A DNA stretch of 64,000 nucleotides from contig JAFWHH010000017.1 in NCBI GenBank assembly GCA_017512025.1, forward strand, positions 338-64,337. The letters run 5' to 3'. Positions 21,527 through 31,575 of this stretch are shown one piece after another (within the stretch, counting starts at the first letter, position 1; each line of letters starts with the position of its first letter). This DNA comes from Clostridia bacterium (lineage in GTDB: Bacteria; Bacillota; Clostridia; TANB77; CAG-508). The notes below the pieces were generated by a model. The model ran no database searches. It saw nothing but the letters and a program-made list of their open reading frames with translations, and was not told the DNA's origin. Both the position numbers and the translations under genes were made by a program.

Positions 21527-21586
21527 ATTTTTAGTTATCGATTTAAAATGTCATGAAAATGTAAAATGAAATAAATATGAATATAA

Positions 21587-21620
21587 AGAATGTATTTCCG
21601 TAGGGATACATTCTTTTTTT
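21587..21620 (+). terminator. Intrinsic terminator
   Basis: AAGAATGTAT...ATACATTCTTTTTTT. Confidence 0.75.
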
Positions 21621-21697
21621 GCTCTTAATATTGATTTTACTTATGTATATATATATTTATAATTTATTTAAATTTGTATTAAGGAGGAGGCAATACT

Positions 21698-24600
21698 ATG
21701 TTAGTTTCATTAATAGGATACGACAAGCTATTAACGACTACTTTACCTGAGGTTCCTGAGGGAGTCTATTGGGTTAAAGGTAATAACGAGAAAAAGTTAG
21801 TTAGCATTGAAAGTAAAGTTAATGAATGGTATGTAACAAGCAATAAATCTGCGAGATTAGTAAATTCTCAAGCAGTTGTTTTTAAAGATGGCAAAATGAT
21901 GTTGATACCAAACAAAGACTCATATATTAATAAAATTACATTGAAAAACAATGAAACTCATTTTATTGCTTTTGAAAAGAGTGAAGAGGTTTGTGTTTTA
22001 CACTGCTCAGAAGTATATGAAAAAGACTTGATGCATTTTATGATTAAAGATCATGCCGAGATTAGCATCGGTAAAAATGCAGACTGTGATATTTCATATA
22101 CACATTCACTAGTTGAAGGAAAACATGCAAGAATTTTCTTTGAAAATGACACATGGAAATTAGAGAATTTAGATCAAAAATATGGAACATATGTAAATGG
22201 ATATGTTGTTAAAGATAAAGTTAAAAAGCTAACAAGCGGTGATGTAATATTCATAATGGGATTAAAGATTATATTAGTTGGAGATGGTATATTCGTTAAT
22301 AATCCAATGGATAAAATGAAATATCTTTTGAGGGCTCTTGTGCCAACTAAAGATGTTCAAGAAGTTAAGAATAATAAGGATGAAGATGAGAATGCTATTC
22401 CTGATCTATATACAGATAAGGATTATTTCTCAAGAGCTCCAAGAATTGTTACAAAGATTGAGAAAGAGAAGGTTGTTATTGATTCACCACCAGCAGCACA
22501 ATCAAATAACCAAATGCCTGCCATATTAACTATGGGTTCTACATTGTCAATGGGTGTTATGACCATGATGACAATGTATACAACAATGTCTGCAATTAAT
22601 AATAATCAAGCTACTCTTAAAGAGAGCATGCCAAGATTAATAATGTCTGGTATGATGCTTATTTCAATGATTTTGATTCCAATTCTAACCAGAATTTGGG
22701 AAAATCATGAAAAGAAGAGATTTGAAGTAAAACGTCAACGTAGATATAGAAAATATATTAATGGAAAAATCGTTAAGATTAACGGAATTATGGATGAACA
22801 GAGAGCAATCCTTAACGAGAACCATGTAAAAGCTGAGGAGTGCGAGAAAATAGTACTAGAAAAAGATGCACGTCTATGGGAAAGAAAGATTGAAGATCAT
22901 GACTTCTTAGCAATAAGAGCTGGTACTGGAGATGTGCCATTAGATATAGACGTAACATATCCAAATGAGTCATTTGCAATGGAAGATGACAACTTAGTGG
23001 AAATACTAAACTCTATTGCTACTCAATCTAGAATTCTTGATAATGCTCCAATAGCAGTATCACTTGCACAAAAGAATATTTCTTCAGTTATTGTTCAAAA
23101 CGATGAAGTTAAGCAAAGATATATGAAGAATATAATTATGCAATTAGTTGCATTACATAGTTATATTGATCTAAAAATAGTATTTTTAGTAAAAGAAGAT
23201 AAGCAAGGTCAATGGGACTATGTAAATATGTTACCTCATGTATGGAACTCAAATAATCAAATTAGATTCTTTGCTGATAACTCAAATGATATGAAGACAG
23301 TATCTAGATATCTTGAGGAAACTCTTGAGGCAAGAACAGAAGTAGCAAATGGTAATAATGTTGATTATAAACAATTTGCTCCATATTATTTAATTATAAC
23401 TGATGATTATAAGCAAATTGAAAACTTAAAGATAATTGTTGATGTATTAAAACTTAAACAAAATTTAGGATTCAGCTTATTATGTGTTACAAATGATTTA
23501 ACACAGCTTCCAAATGAATGTAAAACATTCATTACAATTGAGGATACAGGTTGTAAGATATTTGAAAGTGAAAATTCTGCTACAACACAAAAAGAATTCT
23601 CAATTGATGAAGATAGAGATTGGGATTTTGCTGGAGTATCAAAAGTATTAAGCAATATACCAATTAAATATGCAAGTTCTGGAAGCAGCTTATTACCAGA
23701 TAGTTATACATTCTTAGAGATGTATGATGTTGGTCGTGTTGAACAATTAAACGTTTACGATAGATGGAAAAATAATGATACAACAATGTCATTACAAGCT
23801 CCTGTTGGTATAGATGCAACAGGTATACCAATTTCATTAGACGTTCACGAAAAATACCATGGACCACATGGATTAATTGCAGGTTCTACAGGTTCTGGTA
23901 AGAGTGAATTTATAATAACTTACATATTATCACTTGCAATTAATTATCACCCAGATGATGTTAATTTCGTACTTATAGACTATAAGGGTGGTGGACTTGC
24001 AGGTGCATTCCAAAAAAGAGATATTAAACTACCACACTTAGTTGGTACAATTACAAACATTGATACTGTTGGACTTCAAAGATCACTTGCTTCAATCCAA
24101 AGTGAGCTTAGAAAGAGACAGATTCAATTTAATAAAGCTAGAGATTTAACAGATGAAAGTACAATCGATATTTATAAATATCAAAAACTATATCATGATG
24201 GAATAGTTAAGAAGCCAATTCCACACTTATTTATAATCTGTGATGAGTTTGCTGAGCTTAAACAACAACAACCAGATTTCATGGATGAGTTAATTAGTGT
24301 TGCCAGAATTGGACGTTCACTTGGTGTGCACTTGATTCTTGCTACGCAAAAGCCAGCTGGTATAGTAAACGACCAAATCCGTAGTAACAGCAAGTTCGGT
24401 GTTTGTCTAAAAGTACAAGATAGATCTGATAGTGTTGACGTTATTAAGAGACCAGATGCTGCTAAATTAAAGAGAGCAGGACAGTTTTTCTTAAATGTTG
24501 GTAATGATGAATTATTTGTACTAGGACAATCAGGATGGGCTGGAGCTGGATACTTCCCTTCAGATATCACAAAGAGAGAGATAGATACATCTATTGAATT

Positions 24601-26284
24601 TATTTCTAAAACTGGTGCACCAATAAAGAAAATGAATAATACAGCTAAGAAAAAGGTTGAGAAGAGTAAGGGAGATCAGTTAACAAATATAGTAGAACAT
24701 ATTTGCAATATAGCAAAAGAAAAGGGAATAGTTGAAGAGCAAATGTGGCTTGAGAGTATTCCAGAATCAATTTATATAAAGAACTTGAGAAAGAAGTATA
24801 AATTTAAACCAGAAAAGAATGTTATTAATCCAATTATTGGTGAATATGATGATCCATCAAACCAAAAACAAGGAATATTAACTTTAAATTATACTGAAGA
24901 TGGAAATACGATGATTTATGGTAGTGCTGATAGTGGTAAGGAGTTACTAGTATCATCAATTATCTACGATACAATCACTACACACTCTTCAGATGAGGTT
25001 GCATTCTATGTTCTTGATTTTGGTAGTGAAGCACTTAAGGTGTTTAGTGGAGCTCCTCAAGTTGGAGATATTGTAACTGTAAATGATAATGAAAGAGTTG
25101 CAAGATTAATAGAGATGCTTAAGAAAGAAATGGAAGAAAGAAAGAAAATTCTTTCTGAGTACAATGGAGATTATAATCTATACTTAAGTACAAGTGGTAA
25201 AAAAATGCCAACACTTATGGTTATTATTAATAACTACGCAGCATTTGCTGAAAACTATGCTGACTTTGAAGAGGATATTCAAACAATAACAAGAGAATGT
25301 ACTAAGTGTGGAATTATCTTTACAATAACAGCAAGTTCATACAGAGATATTAGATTCCGTCTAATTCAAAACTTTAAACAAAAACTTGCACTTCAACTTA
25401 ACAATGATGACGATTACTTATACATTTTTGATAAGCTTGGAAAGAAGAGAGCATCAGCTCTATATGGTAGAGGTTTAGTTCCAATTGGTAACGAAATATA
25501 TGAATTCCAAACAGCAAAAGTATGTGATACAGAAAAGCAGGGAGATTATATTAAAAATATTACGCAAAAACTTAGAGAAGTTGATAAACATACCGCAAAA
25601 CATATTCCAATTATGCCTGAGGTTGTTACTATTGAACATATTAAAGATAAGATTGGATCAATTAATGCTCTACCAATCGGTATAAACAAAAGAACTCTTG
25701 GAGTTGCAACTTATGACTTTAAGAAAGCTCCAGTTAATATTGTTACATCAAAAGACTTTGATTTAGCAGTATTATTTGCAGATAACCTTGTAGAAGTAGC
25801 TAAGTTGATATTAAATATTGAAGTTGTTAAATTTAGTCCAAAAGATAATTTTGATGACTTCATGAAGAATTTTGATTTAGTTAACCAAGCAATGATTAAT
25901 AAAGATGATAAGAATCAAAAGCCAATTCTATGTATCATCGAAGATATTGATAAATTTGGTAACTCATTACCAACAGGAATAAATGAACTAGAGAATCTAT
26001 TTAGAACTGCTGCAGAAACACAAAATTGTAATTTTATTCTTGTTGATAACGCAACTAAATTTAAAGCACATCAATTTGATTCATGGTATAAGAGCTATGT
26101 TTCAAATGATACAGGTATATGGGTTGGTAATGGTGTTGATAATCAATTTGTTATCACAACAGAAATCAACAGAAAGACCATAATCGGAAATTGTGGCCCA
26201 AGTTATGGATATATCATTAAACAAAGCGCTGGAACTCTTATCAAGTTAATAGGAATAAAAGAAAAGGGGGATGACGATGAATAA
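21698..26284 (+). CDS. essC: Type VII secretion FtsK/SpoIIIE ATPase EssC (YukB)
   Basis: FHA region (HARI...GTYVNG), two TMs, LWER, HEKYHGPHGLIAGSTGSGKSE, DYKGGG, DEFAELK, GRSLGVHLILATQKP. Confidence 0.95.
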   Translation: MLVSLIGYDKLLTTTLPEVPEGVYWVKGNNEKKLVSIESKVNEWYVTSNKSARLVNSQAVVFKDGKMMLIPNKDSYINKITLKNNETHFIAFEKSEEVCVLHCSEVYEKDLMHFMIKDHAEISIGKNADCDISYTHSLVEGKHARIFFENDTWKLENLDQKYGTYVNGYVVKDKVKKLTSGDVIFIMGLKIILVGDGIFVNNPMDKMKYLLRALVPTKDVQEVKNNKDEDENAIPDLYTDKDYFSRAPRIVTKIEKEKVVIDSPPAAQSNNQMPAILTMGSTLSMGVMTMMTMYTTMSAINNNQATLKESMPRLIMSGMMLISMILIPILTRIWENHEKKRFEVKRQRRYRKYINGKIVKINGIMDEQRAILNENHVKAEECEKIVLEKDARLWERKIEDHDFLAIRAGTGDVPLDIDVTYPNESFAMEDDNLVEILNSIATQSRILDNAPIAVSLAQKNISSVIVQNDEVKQRYMKNIIMQLVALHSYIDLKIVFLVKEDKQGQWDYVNMLPHVWNSNNQIRFFADNSNDMKTVSRYLEETLEARTEVANGNNVDYKQFAPYYLIITDDYKQIENLKIIVDVLKLKQNLGFSLLCVTNDLTQLPNECKTFITIEDTGCKIFESENSATTQKEFSIDEDRDWDFAGVSKVLSNIPIKYASSGSSLLPDSYTFLEMYDVGRVEQLNVYDRWKNNDTTMSLQAPVGIDATGIPISLDVHEKYHGPHGLIAGSTGSGKSEFIITYILSLAINYHPDDVNFVLIDYKGGGLAGAFQKRDIKLPHLVGTITNIDTVGLQRSLASIQSELRKRQIQFNKARDLTDESTIDIYKYQKLYHDGIVKKPIPHLFIICDEFAELKQQQPDFMDELISVARIGRSLGVHLILATQKPAGIVNDQIRSNSKFGVCLKVQDRSDSVDVIKRPDAAKLKRAGQFFLNVGNDELFVLGQSGWAGAGYFPSDITKREIDTSIEFISKTGAPIKKMNNTAKKKVEKSKGDQLTNIVEHICNIAKEKGIVEEQMWLESIPESIYIKNLRKKYKFKPEKNVINPIIGEYDDPSNQKQGILTLNYTEDGNTMIYGSADSGKELLVSSIIYDTITTHSSDEVAFYVLDFGSEALKVFSGAPQVGDIVTVNDNERVARLIEMLKKEMEERKKILSEYNGDYNLYLSTSGKKMPTLMVIINNYAAFAENYADFEEDIQTITRECTKCGIIFTITASSYRDIRFRLIQNFKQKLALQLNNDDDYLYIFDKLGKKRASALYGRGLVPIGNEIYEFQTAKVCDTEKQGDYIKNITQKLREVDKHTAKHIPIMPEVVTIEHIKDKIGSINALPIGINKRTLGVATYDFKKAPVNIVTSKDFDLAVLFADNLVEVAKLILNIEVVKFSPKDNFDDFMKNFDLVNQAMINKDDKNQKPILCIIEDIDKFGNSLPTGINELENLFRTAAETQNCNFILVDNATKFKAHQFDSWYKSYVSNDTGIWVGNGVDNQFVITTEINRKTIIGNCGPSYGYIIKQSAGTLIKLIGIKEKGDDDE

Positions 26285-26531
26285 TAAAGTAATAGTGAAA
26301 TTATATGTTCCAACTATAGAAAAAAAGTTTGACATCTGGATTCCTCTAAATAAAAGAGTATGTAATGTAATCATGCTTTGTGTAAAAGCTGTTAATGAAT
26401 TTAGTCGAGGGTACTATAAGCCAGATAAATTACCAGCATTATATGATAGGGAAACGGCTATACCATACGATGTAAATTTAACAGTTAGAGAGACTACAAT
26501 TAGAAATGGTACAGAACTTATATTAATGTAA
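26271..26531 (+). CDS. esaB: EsaB/YukD ubiquitin-like T7SS protein
   Basis: ~85 aa, FDIWIP...IRNGTELIL pattern, overlaps the essC stop. Confidence 0.75.
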   Translation: MTMNNKVIVKLYVPTIEKKFDIWIPLNKRVCNVIMLCVKAVNEFSRGYYKPDKLPALYDRETAIPYDVNLTVRETTIRNGTELILM

Positions 26532-26535
26532 AATA

Positions 26536-26568
26536 AAAATAGTTCCAAATTTTATTTGGAACTATTTT
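26536..26568. terminator. Bidirectional terminator between esaB and ttcA
   Basis: AAAATAGTTCCAAAT/ATTTGGAACTATTTT. Confidence 0.7.
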
Positions 26569-27277
26569 CTTTTTCCCATCCTTTTATATTACTTCTTTGG
26601 ATTGCACCATATAAATTTTCTCTAACTCTTGGAATATCTTTTTGGAATTGATAAATAAGATTTTTCATATCTTCCCTTTTAGACACTCCATCCATTGGAC
26701 AAACTTTTGGCATGACTGGTAAATTGTTTTTCTTAGCAAATGATCTAATATATTTTTCTGGAGCATATATTAAAGGTCTAATTAATGTTATGCCAGAACG
26801 ATCCATATAGCTCATAGGAGCAAATGTAGATATTGAACCACCATATAGTAGGTTAAGCATAAAAGTCTCTAATACGTCATCCTCGTTATGACCAAGGGCT
26901 ATCTTATTACAACCCTCTCTAATAGCTACACTATTTAATATACCACGTCTTAAATTAGCACATAAAGAGCATGGATTTTTTTCGTTTCTAACATCAAAAA
27001 CAATTGCTTTAATATCTGTCTTCTCAACTACATATTTTATTTCTTTTTCAGCACATAATTTCTCAAGTTCTGATGTATCAAATTCATCAAAACCAGGGTT
27101 AATTGTAACTGCTATTATTTCAAATTTCTTCGGAAAGAATATTTGAAGATTTTTTAGTGCAAGTAACATTGTTAAAGAATCCTTACCACCAGATAAAGCA
27201 ACAGCGATTTTATCGCCATCTTCAATCATATTGTAATCTTCAATAGCCCTTCTCATATAACTTAATACTCTACGCAT
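26552..27277 (-). CDS. ttcA: tRNA 2-thiocytidine(32) synthetase TtcA family
   Basis: PP-loop SGGKDS, PCSLCANLRRG, ALGHNEDD, IRPL. Confidence 0.88.
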   Translation of the reverse strand: MRRVLSYMRRAIEDYNMIEDGDKIAVALSGGKDSLTMLLALKNLQIFFPKKFEIIAVTINPGFDEFDTSELEKLCAEKEIKYVVEKTDIKAIVFDVRNEKNPCSLCANLRRGILNSVAIREGCNKIALGHNEDDVLETFMLNLLYGGSISTFAPMSYMDRSGITLIRPLIYAPEKYIRSFAKKNNLPVMPKVCPMDGVSKREDMKNLIYQFQKDIPRVRENLYGAIQRSNIKGWEKENSSK

Positions 27278-27436
27278 ATATTCACCTCTTAAAATATTTT
27301 AAATTATAGCATAAATTACGTAATTAGTAAATATAATTACAGTAGAGCACCATAAAAGATTTACAAAATTTCAATAAATAGGAATATTTTTGTTGACATT
27401 AAATATAATAGATAGTATAATAATTGAGTCATACAT

Positions 27437-27512
27437 CGCGGGGTGGAGCAGTTGGCAGCTCGTTGGGCTCATAACCCAAAGGTCGGTAGTTCGAGTCTAC
27501 CCCCCGCAACCA
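27437..27512 (+). tRNA. Initiator tRNA-fMet(CAT)
   Basis: C1:A72 mismatch, GGG/CCC anticodon stem, CT-CAT-AA loop, CCA end; TTGACA-17-TATAAT promoter at 27393-27421. Confidence 0.97.
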
Positions 27513-27610
27513 CATTAAAAGCAAGTCATTACGACTTGCTTATTTTTTTATTGTTTTTAAGTTGATACCATGGTAAAATGTGTAAAATATCTGGAAAAGG
27601 AATTAAGGTA

Positions 27611-28600
27611 ATGGAAAATTATAATTTTAGTAGAAATGTACAAGAGAATTACAATTTAACCAAGAAACACTTATTCAAGAAAAAAGCAGGTAATGCTAAA
27701 TTTTATTATGAGTTAAAGAATGATGAATCATTAGATAATGATTTAAAGGAAATCACAAAACTATACCAAAACGATATACCATTTAGAATATATGGTATGC
27801 ATACAAATTTGTACATTACAGCTAATGGTTATGATGGTTGGTTTATTGATATTGGACCAAAGATGTCATATCTAAGGTTTGATGAAGATACAGAAGAGTT
27901 TATATGTTCTGGAAATTTACTTACTTCTCAGCTTGTAAATTATGCAATGGAAAAAGGGTATGACTTTGCATCACTAGCAGGTGTGCCAGGTATGGTTGGG
28001 GCAGGAGTTGTTGGTAATGCAAGTTTTGCCACAGGTAAAGAATTTGGTGACTACGTTAAAAGAGTGACATTATTTGACTTCGAAAGTGGAAAAGATGTGG
28101 ATATAATTCCAGATAAAGACTTTTTTTGGACACGAAATAGCTTTATAAAAAAAGCAAATAAAGATAAAGTACGATATTTCGTAAAAGAAGTTGTACTTTG
28201 GTCCGAACAAATTGGAAAAAAAGCTGTCAGAGCAAAATTTGATGCTCAAATGGATTTAAGAATAAAAGACCTTCGAATTGGATATTTAGAGGGGTGTGCA
28301 GGTTCAATTTGGTCTAATATTGATTTAAGAAATAAAATTGGAATGAGTTTTAGAAAGGTTGTAATCGGCACAAACGAATTTAATGTAGATTTTAATGGGG
28401 CAAGATACAGCAAATATGGAAGTAGATTCTTTACTTTAGATGAGAATACTACAGAAAAGGATGTCGCTAAACTAATGCAATATACAGTTGATAAGATGAA
28501 AGAGTTATATCATGTAGAGCTAGAGAAAGAGGTCGTATTTCTAGATTATGATGGAGAAGTAGACTTATATACATATATTGATAGATATTTAGATAAATAA
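27611..28600 (+). CDS. Divergent MurB-like FAD-binding protein
   Basis: AGVPGMVGAGVVGNA and CAGSIWSN resemble MurB GIPGTVGGA..MNA and AGSVFKN; C-terminal VELEKEV. Confidence 0.65.
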   Translation: MENYNFSRNVQENYNLTKKHLFKKKAGNAKFYYELKNDESLDNDLKEITKLYQNDIPFRIYGMHTNLYITANGYDGWFIDIGPKMSYLRFDEDTEEFICSGNLLTSQLVNYAMEKGYDFASLAGVPGMVGAGVVGNASFATGKEFGDYVKRVTLFDFESGKDVDIIPDKDFFWTRNSFIKKANKDKVRYFVKEVVLWSEQIGKKAVRAKFDAQMDLRIKDLRIGYLEGCAGSIWSNIDLRNKIGMSFRKVVIGTNEFNVDFNGARYSKYGSRFFTLDENTTEKDVAKLMQYTVDKMKELYHVELEKEVVFLDYDGEVDLYTYIDRYLDK

Positions 28601-28615
28601 AAAATAAACAATAAT

Positions 28616-28651
28616 AAAAAGGTTAAATGAATTAGATTCATTTAACCTTTT
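28616..28651. terminator. Bidirectional terminator
   Basis: AAAAAGGTTAAATGAAT/ATTCATTTAACCTTTT. Confidence 0.75.
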
Positions 28652-28653
28652 CT

Positions 28654-29502
28654 TTATATAAAGTCAATATCACTTGTATCAGCCATTCTAACGTAGCCAA
28701 TTTTCTCATAAACGTGATTACTAATTGGATTTGTATCATCTGTATAAAGTACGCAGTATTCTGCTCCATTATCAAGTAATTCTTTTGATACTCGATATAC
28801 AAGATTATATGCATATCCTTTATGACGTTCTTCTGGAGGAGTATAAACACCACTAACACCTTTTCCCTTGATTAATCTTCTTGTTGAAACTGTTTGAGCA
28901 ACAATCTTTCCATCTTTTTCGAGTAAGAAATATCCTCTTTCCATGCTTCTAGAGATTGCAGCTAATATTTCTTCCATTGGTTTTTCTTCATGAAGTGCTT
29001 CCAATCCAAAATCTTTTTGGAATTTAATTAATGTATCCATGTCAGCTTCAGTAGCTCTTCTATAAGTAACATCATCTCGTAATTTTGGTTCTGTAAGTTT
29101 TTCTAAAACAAGAATTCTCATAGGTAGATGAACCTTAAAGGTTTGTCCAGATAATTCACAGTAGAACTTGGCAAATTTTTCAGCAATAATATTCTCAGCA
29201 TTTACACCTGGTAGGTGGTTATTTAACTTGTAAATTTCTTCTGCAGCAAATTTGAATAGTTCATCAGAAGTATTATCTGTTGGACTATATAAAGTAAGTT
29301 TCCATGGTGCTCTGTATAAAAGAATTAATTCTGTTACACCATCATCTTTAACTGCACCAAATAACCAATCATCACCATATACAGCATCGGCAGCATCGGC
29401 ACAGTTACCAACCATTAAGTTGTTAAGCCATTCCTTCTCTAGTAGTAGCTTTTCATTTTCAGCTACGAAATCTTTTCCATTTTCATAAAAAATAAAATCC
29501 AT
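28654..29502 (-). CDS. GNAT-family acetyltransferase
   Basis: VSGVYTPPEERHKGYA, LYTDDTNPISNHVYEKIGY. Confidence 0.9.
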   Translation of the reverse strand: MDFIFYENGKDFVAENEKLLLEKEWLNNLMVGNCADAADAVYGDDWLFGAVKDDGVTELILLYRAPWKLTLYSPTDNTSDELFKFAAEEIYKLNNHLPGVNAENIIAEKFAKFYCELSGQTFKVHLPMRILVLEKLTEPKLRDDVTYRRATEADMDTLIKFQKDFGLEALHEEKPMEEILAAISRSMERGYFLLEKDGKIVAQTVSTRRLIKGKGVSGVYTPPEERHKGYAYNLVYRVSKELLDNGAEYCVLYTDDTNPISNHVYEKIGYVRMADTSDIDFI

Positions 29503-29720
29503 ATAATCACCCTCTTACTTTTTGGGGGATTATATCATAAGGGGATTGAAAATGAAAGTATAGGATAAAAAGAGATATAAAATGTCGAATTTTTGTGATT
29601 TACATAAAACTTGCATTGGCAAAATATATGTGGTATAATAAGTAACTACCGGGCAAGTTGCCTGGTGCAGAAAGAAGTCCGAATCTCGTATTCGGATACA
29701 ACAATATTCACAACGGAGGA

Positions 29721-30017
29721 ATGATTATGAAAACTGCAAAGATTATTATCAAGAAAGGTATTGACAGCGAGATCGGAGCCAAGCTCATCGACTGCGCATG
29801 GCGGTTTAAGAGCAAGATTTTTGTGCAGAAAGAAGAAAGACGAGTAAGCGCAGGATCTCTTATGTCAGTACTGAGTCTGCAGCTTGTTGGCGGTGATGAA
29901 ATCACTGTTGTTGTGGACGGTCCGGATGAGGAAGAGGCAATTGATCTGCTTGTAAAGGCATTCGATACCTCGTTCCTGAATGAGCAGGTTCTTGCGGAAA
30001 TCAAAGAACGCAAGTAA
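29721..30017 (+). CDS. HPr-family protein lacking the phospho-His, GC-rich gene
   Basis: F.SKI...V.A.SLMSVLSL...GDEITVVVDGPDEEEAI HPr fold; GIDSE replaces GLHAR; GGAGG RBS. Confidence 0.8.
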   Translation: MIMKTAKIIIKKGIDSEIGAKLIDCAWRFKSKIFVQKEERRVSAGSLMSVLSLQLVGGDEITVVVDGPDEEEAIDLLVKAFDTSFLNEQVLAEIKERK

Positions 30018-30133
30018 TCAAGTATTGTTGTAACTTGAAGGGAGCTACTGCTGTATTGCGGAAGCTCCCTTCGGGGCTCTTATTGGGGTGCTATTGAAAG
30101 AAAAATGAATTTGTTATATAATATAATGCAGAT

Positions 30134-30210
30134 GTGTGTGTAGCTCAGTAGGATAGAGCGACGGTTTCCTAAACCGCAGGTCGGGGGTTCAATTCCCTTC
30201 ACGCACACCA
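30134..30210 (+). tRNA. tRNA-Arg(CCT)
   Basis: GTGTGTG...CACGCAC-A-CCA, loop TT-CCT-AA; TTGAAA-17-TATAAT promoter upstream. Confidence 0.95.
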
Positions 30211-30243
30211 TCTTATTTAATGCAAACGGAAGGTAGGAATAAT

Positions 30244-30729
30244 ATGAATATGCAAGAAAAATTTATGAAGCTTGCGTTAAAAGAAGCTGAGAAAGCATAT
30301 AATAAAAAAGAAATACCCGTTGGTGCAATAATAGTTAAAGATGGTAAAGTAATTGCGAGAGCTCATAATTTAAAAGAGCTAAAGAATGATACGACAAAAC
30401 ACGCAGAATTACTTGCTATTCAAAAAGCTAGTAAAAAACTTGGATGTTGGAGATTAGAAGATTGCGAGATGTATGTTACATTAGAGCCATGCAGCATGTG
30501 CGCGGGTGCATTGATACAGTCTAGGATAAAAAAAGTATACATTGGAACTATGGATTATAAAACTGGAGCATGTGGATCAGTTCTTAACTTGCTTGCAGAT
30601 TATAAATTTAATCATAGTGTTGAAATTGAGACCGGAGTTTTAGCTGAAGAATGTGAAAAAATCCTAAAGGAGTTCTTTAAGACTCTAAGAGTCGAAAAGA
30701 AAAATATAAAAGAAAGGAATAAGGACTAG
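30244..30729 (+). CDS. tadA: tRNA adenosine(34) deaminase
   Basis: EIPVGAIIV, HAE, TLEPCSMCAGA; sits in the tadA-ffs-dnaX neighbourhood. Confidence 0.92.
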   Translation: MNMQEKFMKLALKEAEKAYNKKEIPVGAIIVKDGKVIARAHNLKELKNDTTKHAELLAIQKASKKLGCWRLEDCEMYVTLEPCSMCAGALIQSRIKKVYIGTMDYKTGACGSVLNLLADYKFNHSVEIETGVLAEECEKILKEFFKTLRVEKKNIKERNKD

Positions 30730-31481
30730 TGATAAATAAGAAAGTTCAAAGAATTAAATTAATAATAGCGATTTTAGTTGTAGCAATAGTTGCGGTAATA
30801 ATTGGAGTTCGTATATACATATACAACAAAACTGGAGAAAAGAATATGCCATTTCAAGTTTCAGAAATCATAATTGTAAGTACAGCTAGAAGATATGAAG
30901 GAGAAGCTACAGCGCCTATTGAAGAAAATGGGTCTATATGGAATTTCCAAGTTGTACAAAACAACGACATGTATATTGAAATAAAAAATAATGCGAAAAA
31001 TAATGAGAAAATCAAAAATATAAAAATATCAAATATAGAGATTACACAAAAACCTGCGAAAGGAACAATTAGAGCGTTTATGCCTAATAGCGTCGAGGGA
31101 TCTAGATATACATATACAGATGAATATGAAGTGAAAGATAGCTTAACTTATAGAGGATCAGAGGAAAATAGTTACAAAGATCTTCACATCAACAGAAACG
31201 GTGGAAAGCTTAGCATAAGTTTTGCAAACAGAGATTTAGGAAACTATTCTTCTGGAGATGATACAGAAGTAACTTATGATGGCAAGATGCTTTCAAGAAT
31301 GGAATGCAGCGACGAGGATATAAGATTTAAGATTGCATTTGATTTAACAATAGAGCTTGAAGATGGTAGAGCTTACTTAGGAAGAATTGAAGCAGATGTT
31401 AATTGTGATGGTTTAGTTGAAAACGGAACAACACAAGTTGATATCAAAGATTTCTCAAACGTAGTATTTAAAAGAATATAG
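30729..31481 (+). CDS. Hypothetical membrane-anchored protein
   Basis: GTG start overlapping the tadA stop; N-terminal TM; beta-rich remainder; terminator at 31487-31516. Confidence 0.7.
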   Translation: MINKKVQRIKLIIAILVVAIVAVIIGVRIYIYNKTGEKNMPFQVSEIIIVSTARRYEGEATAPIEENGSIWNFQVVQNNDMYIEIKNNAKNNEKIKNIKISNIEITQKPAKGTIRAFMPNSVEGSRYTYTDEYEVKDSLTYRGSEENSYKDLHINRNGGKLSISFANRDLGNYSSGDDTEVTYDGKMLSRMECSDEDIRFKIAFDLTIELEDGRAYLGRIEADVNCDGLVENGTTQVDIKDFSNVVFKRI

Positions 31482-31575
31482 TTTGTAAAAAAGAGTTACG
31501 CTAGTAACTCTTTTTATTTATTAAACTTTTATCAAAAATACTTGATTAATAGAGAAAAACATTATATAATCCCCC

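Noticed and set aside
6701-30210. tRNA genes as ICE or prophage attachment sites
   Set aside because: No duplicated tRNA 3' ends, integrase or phage genes seen in the window
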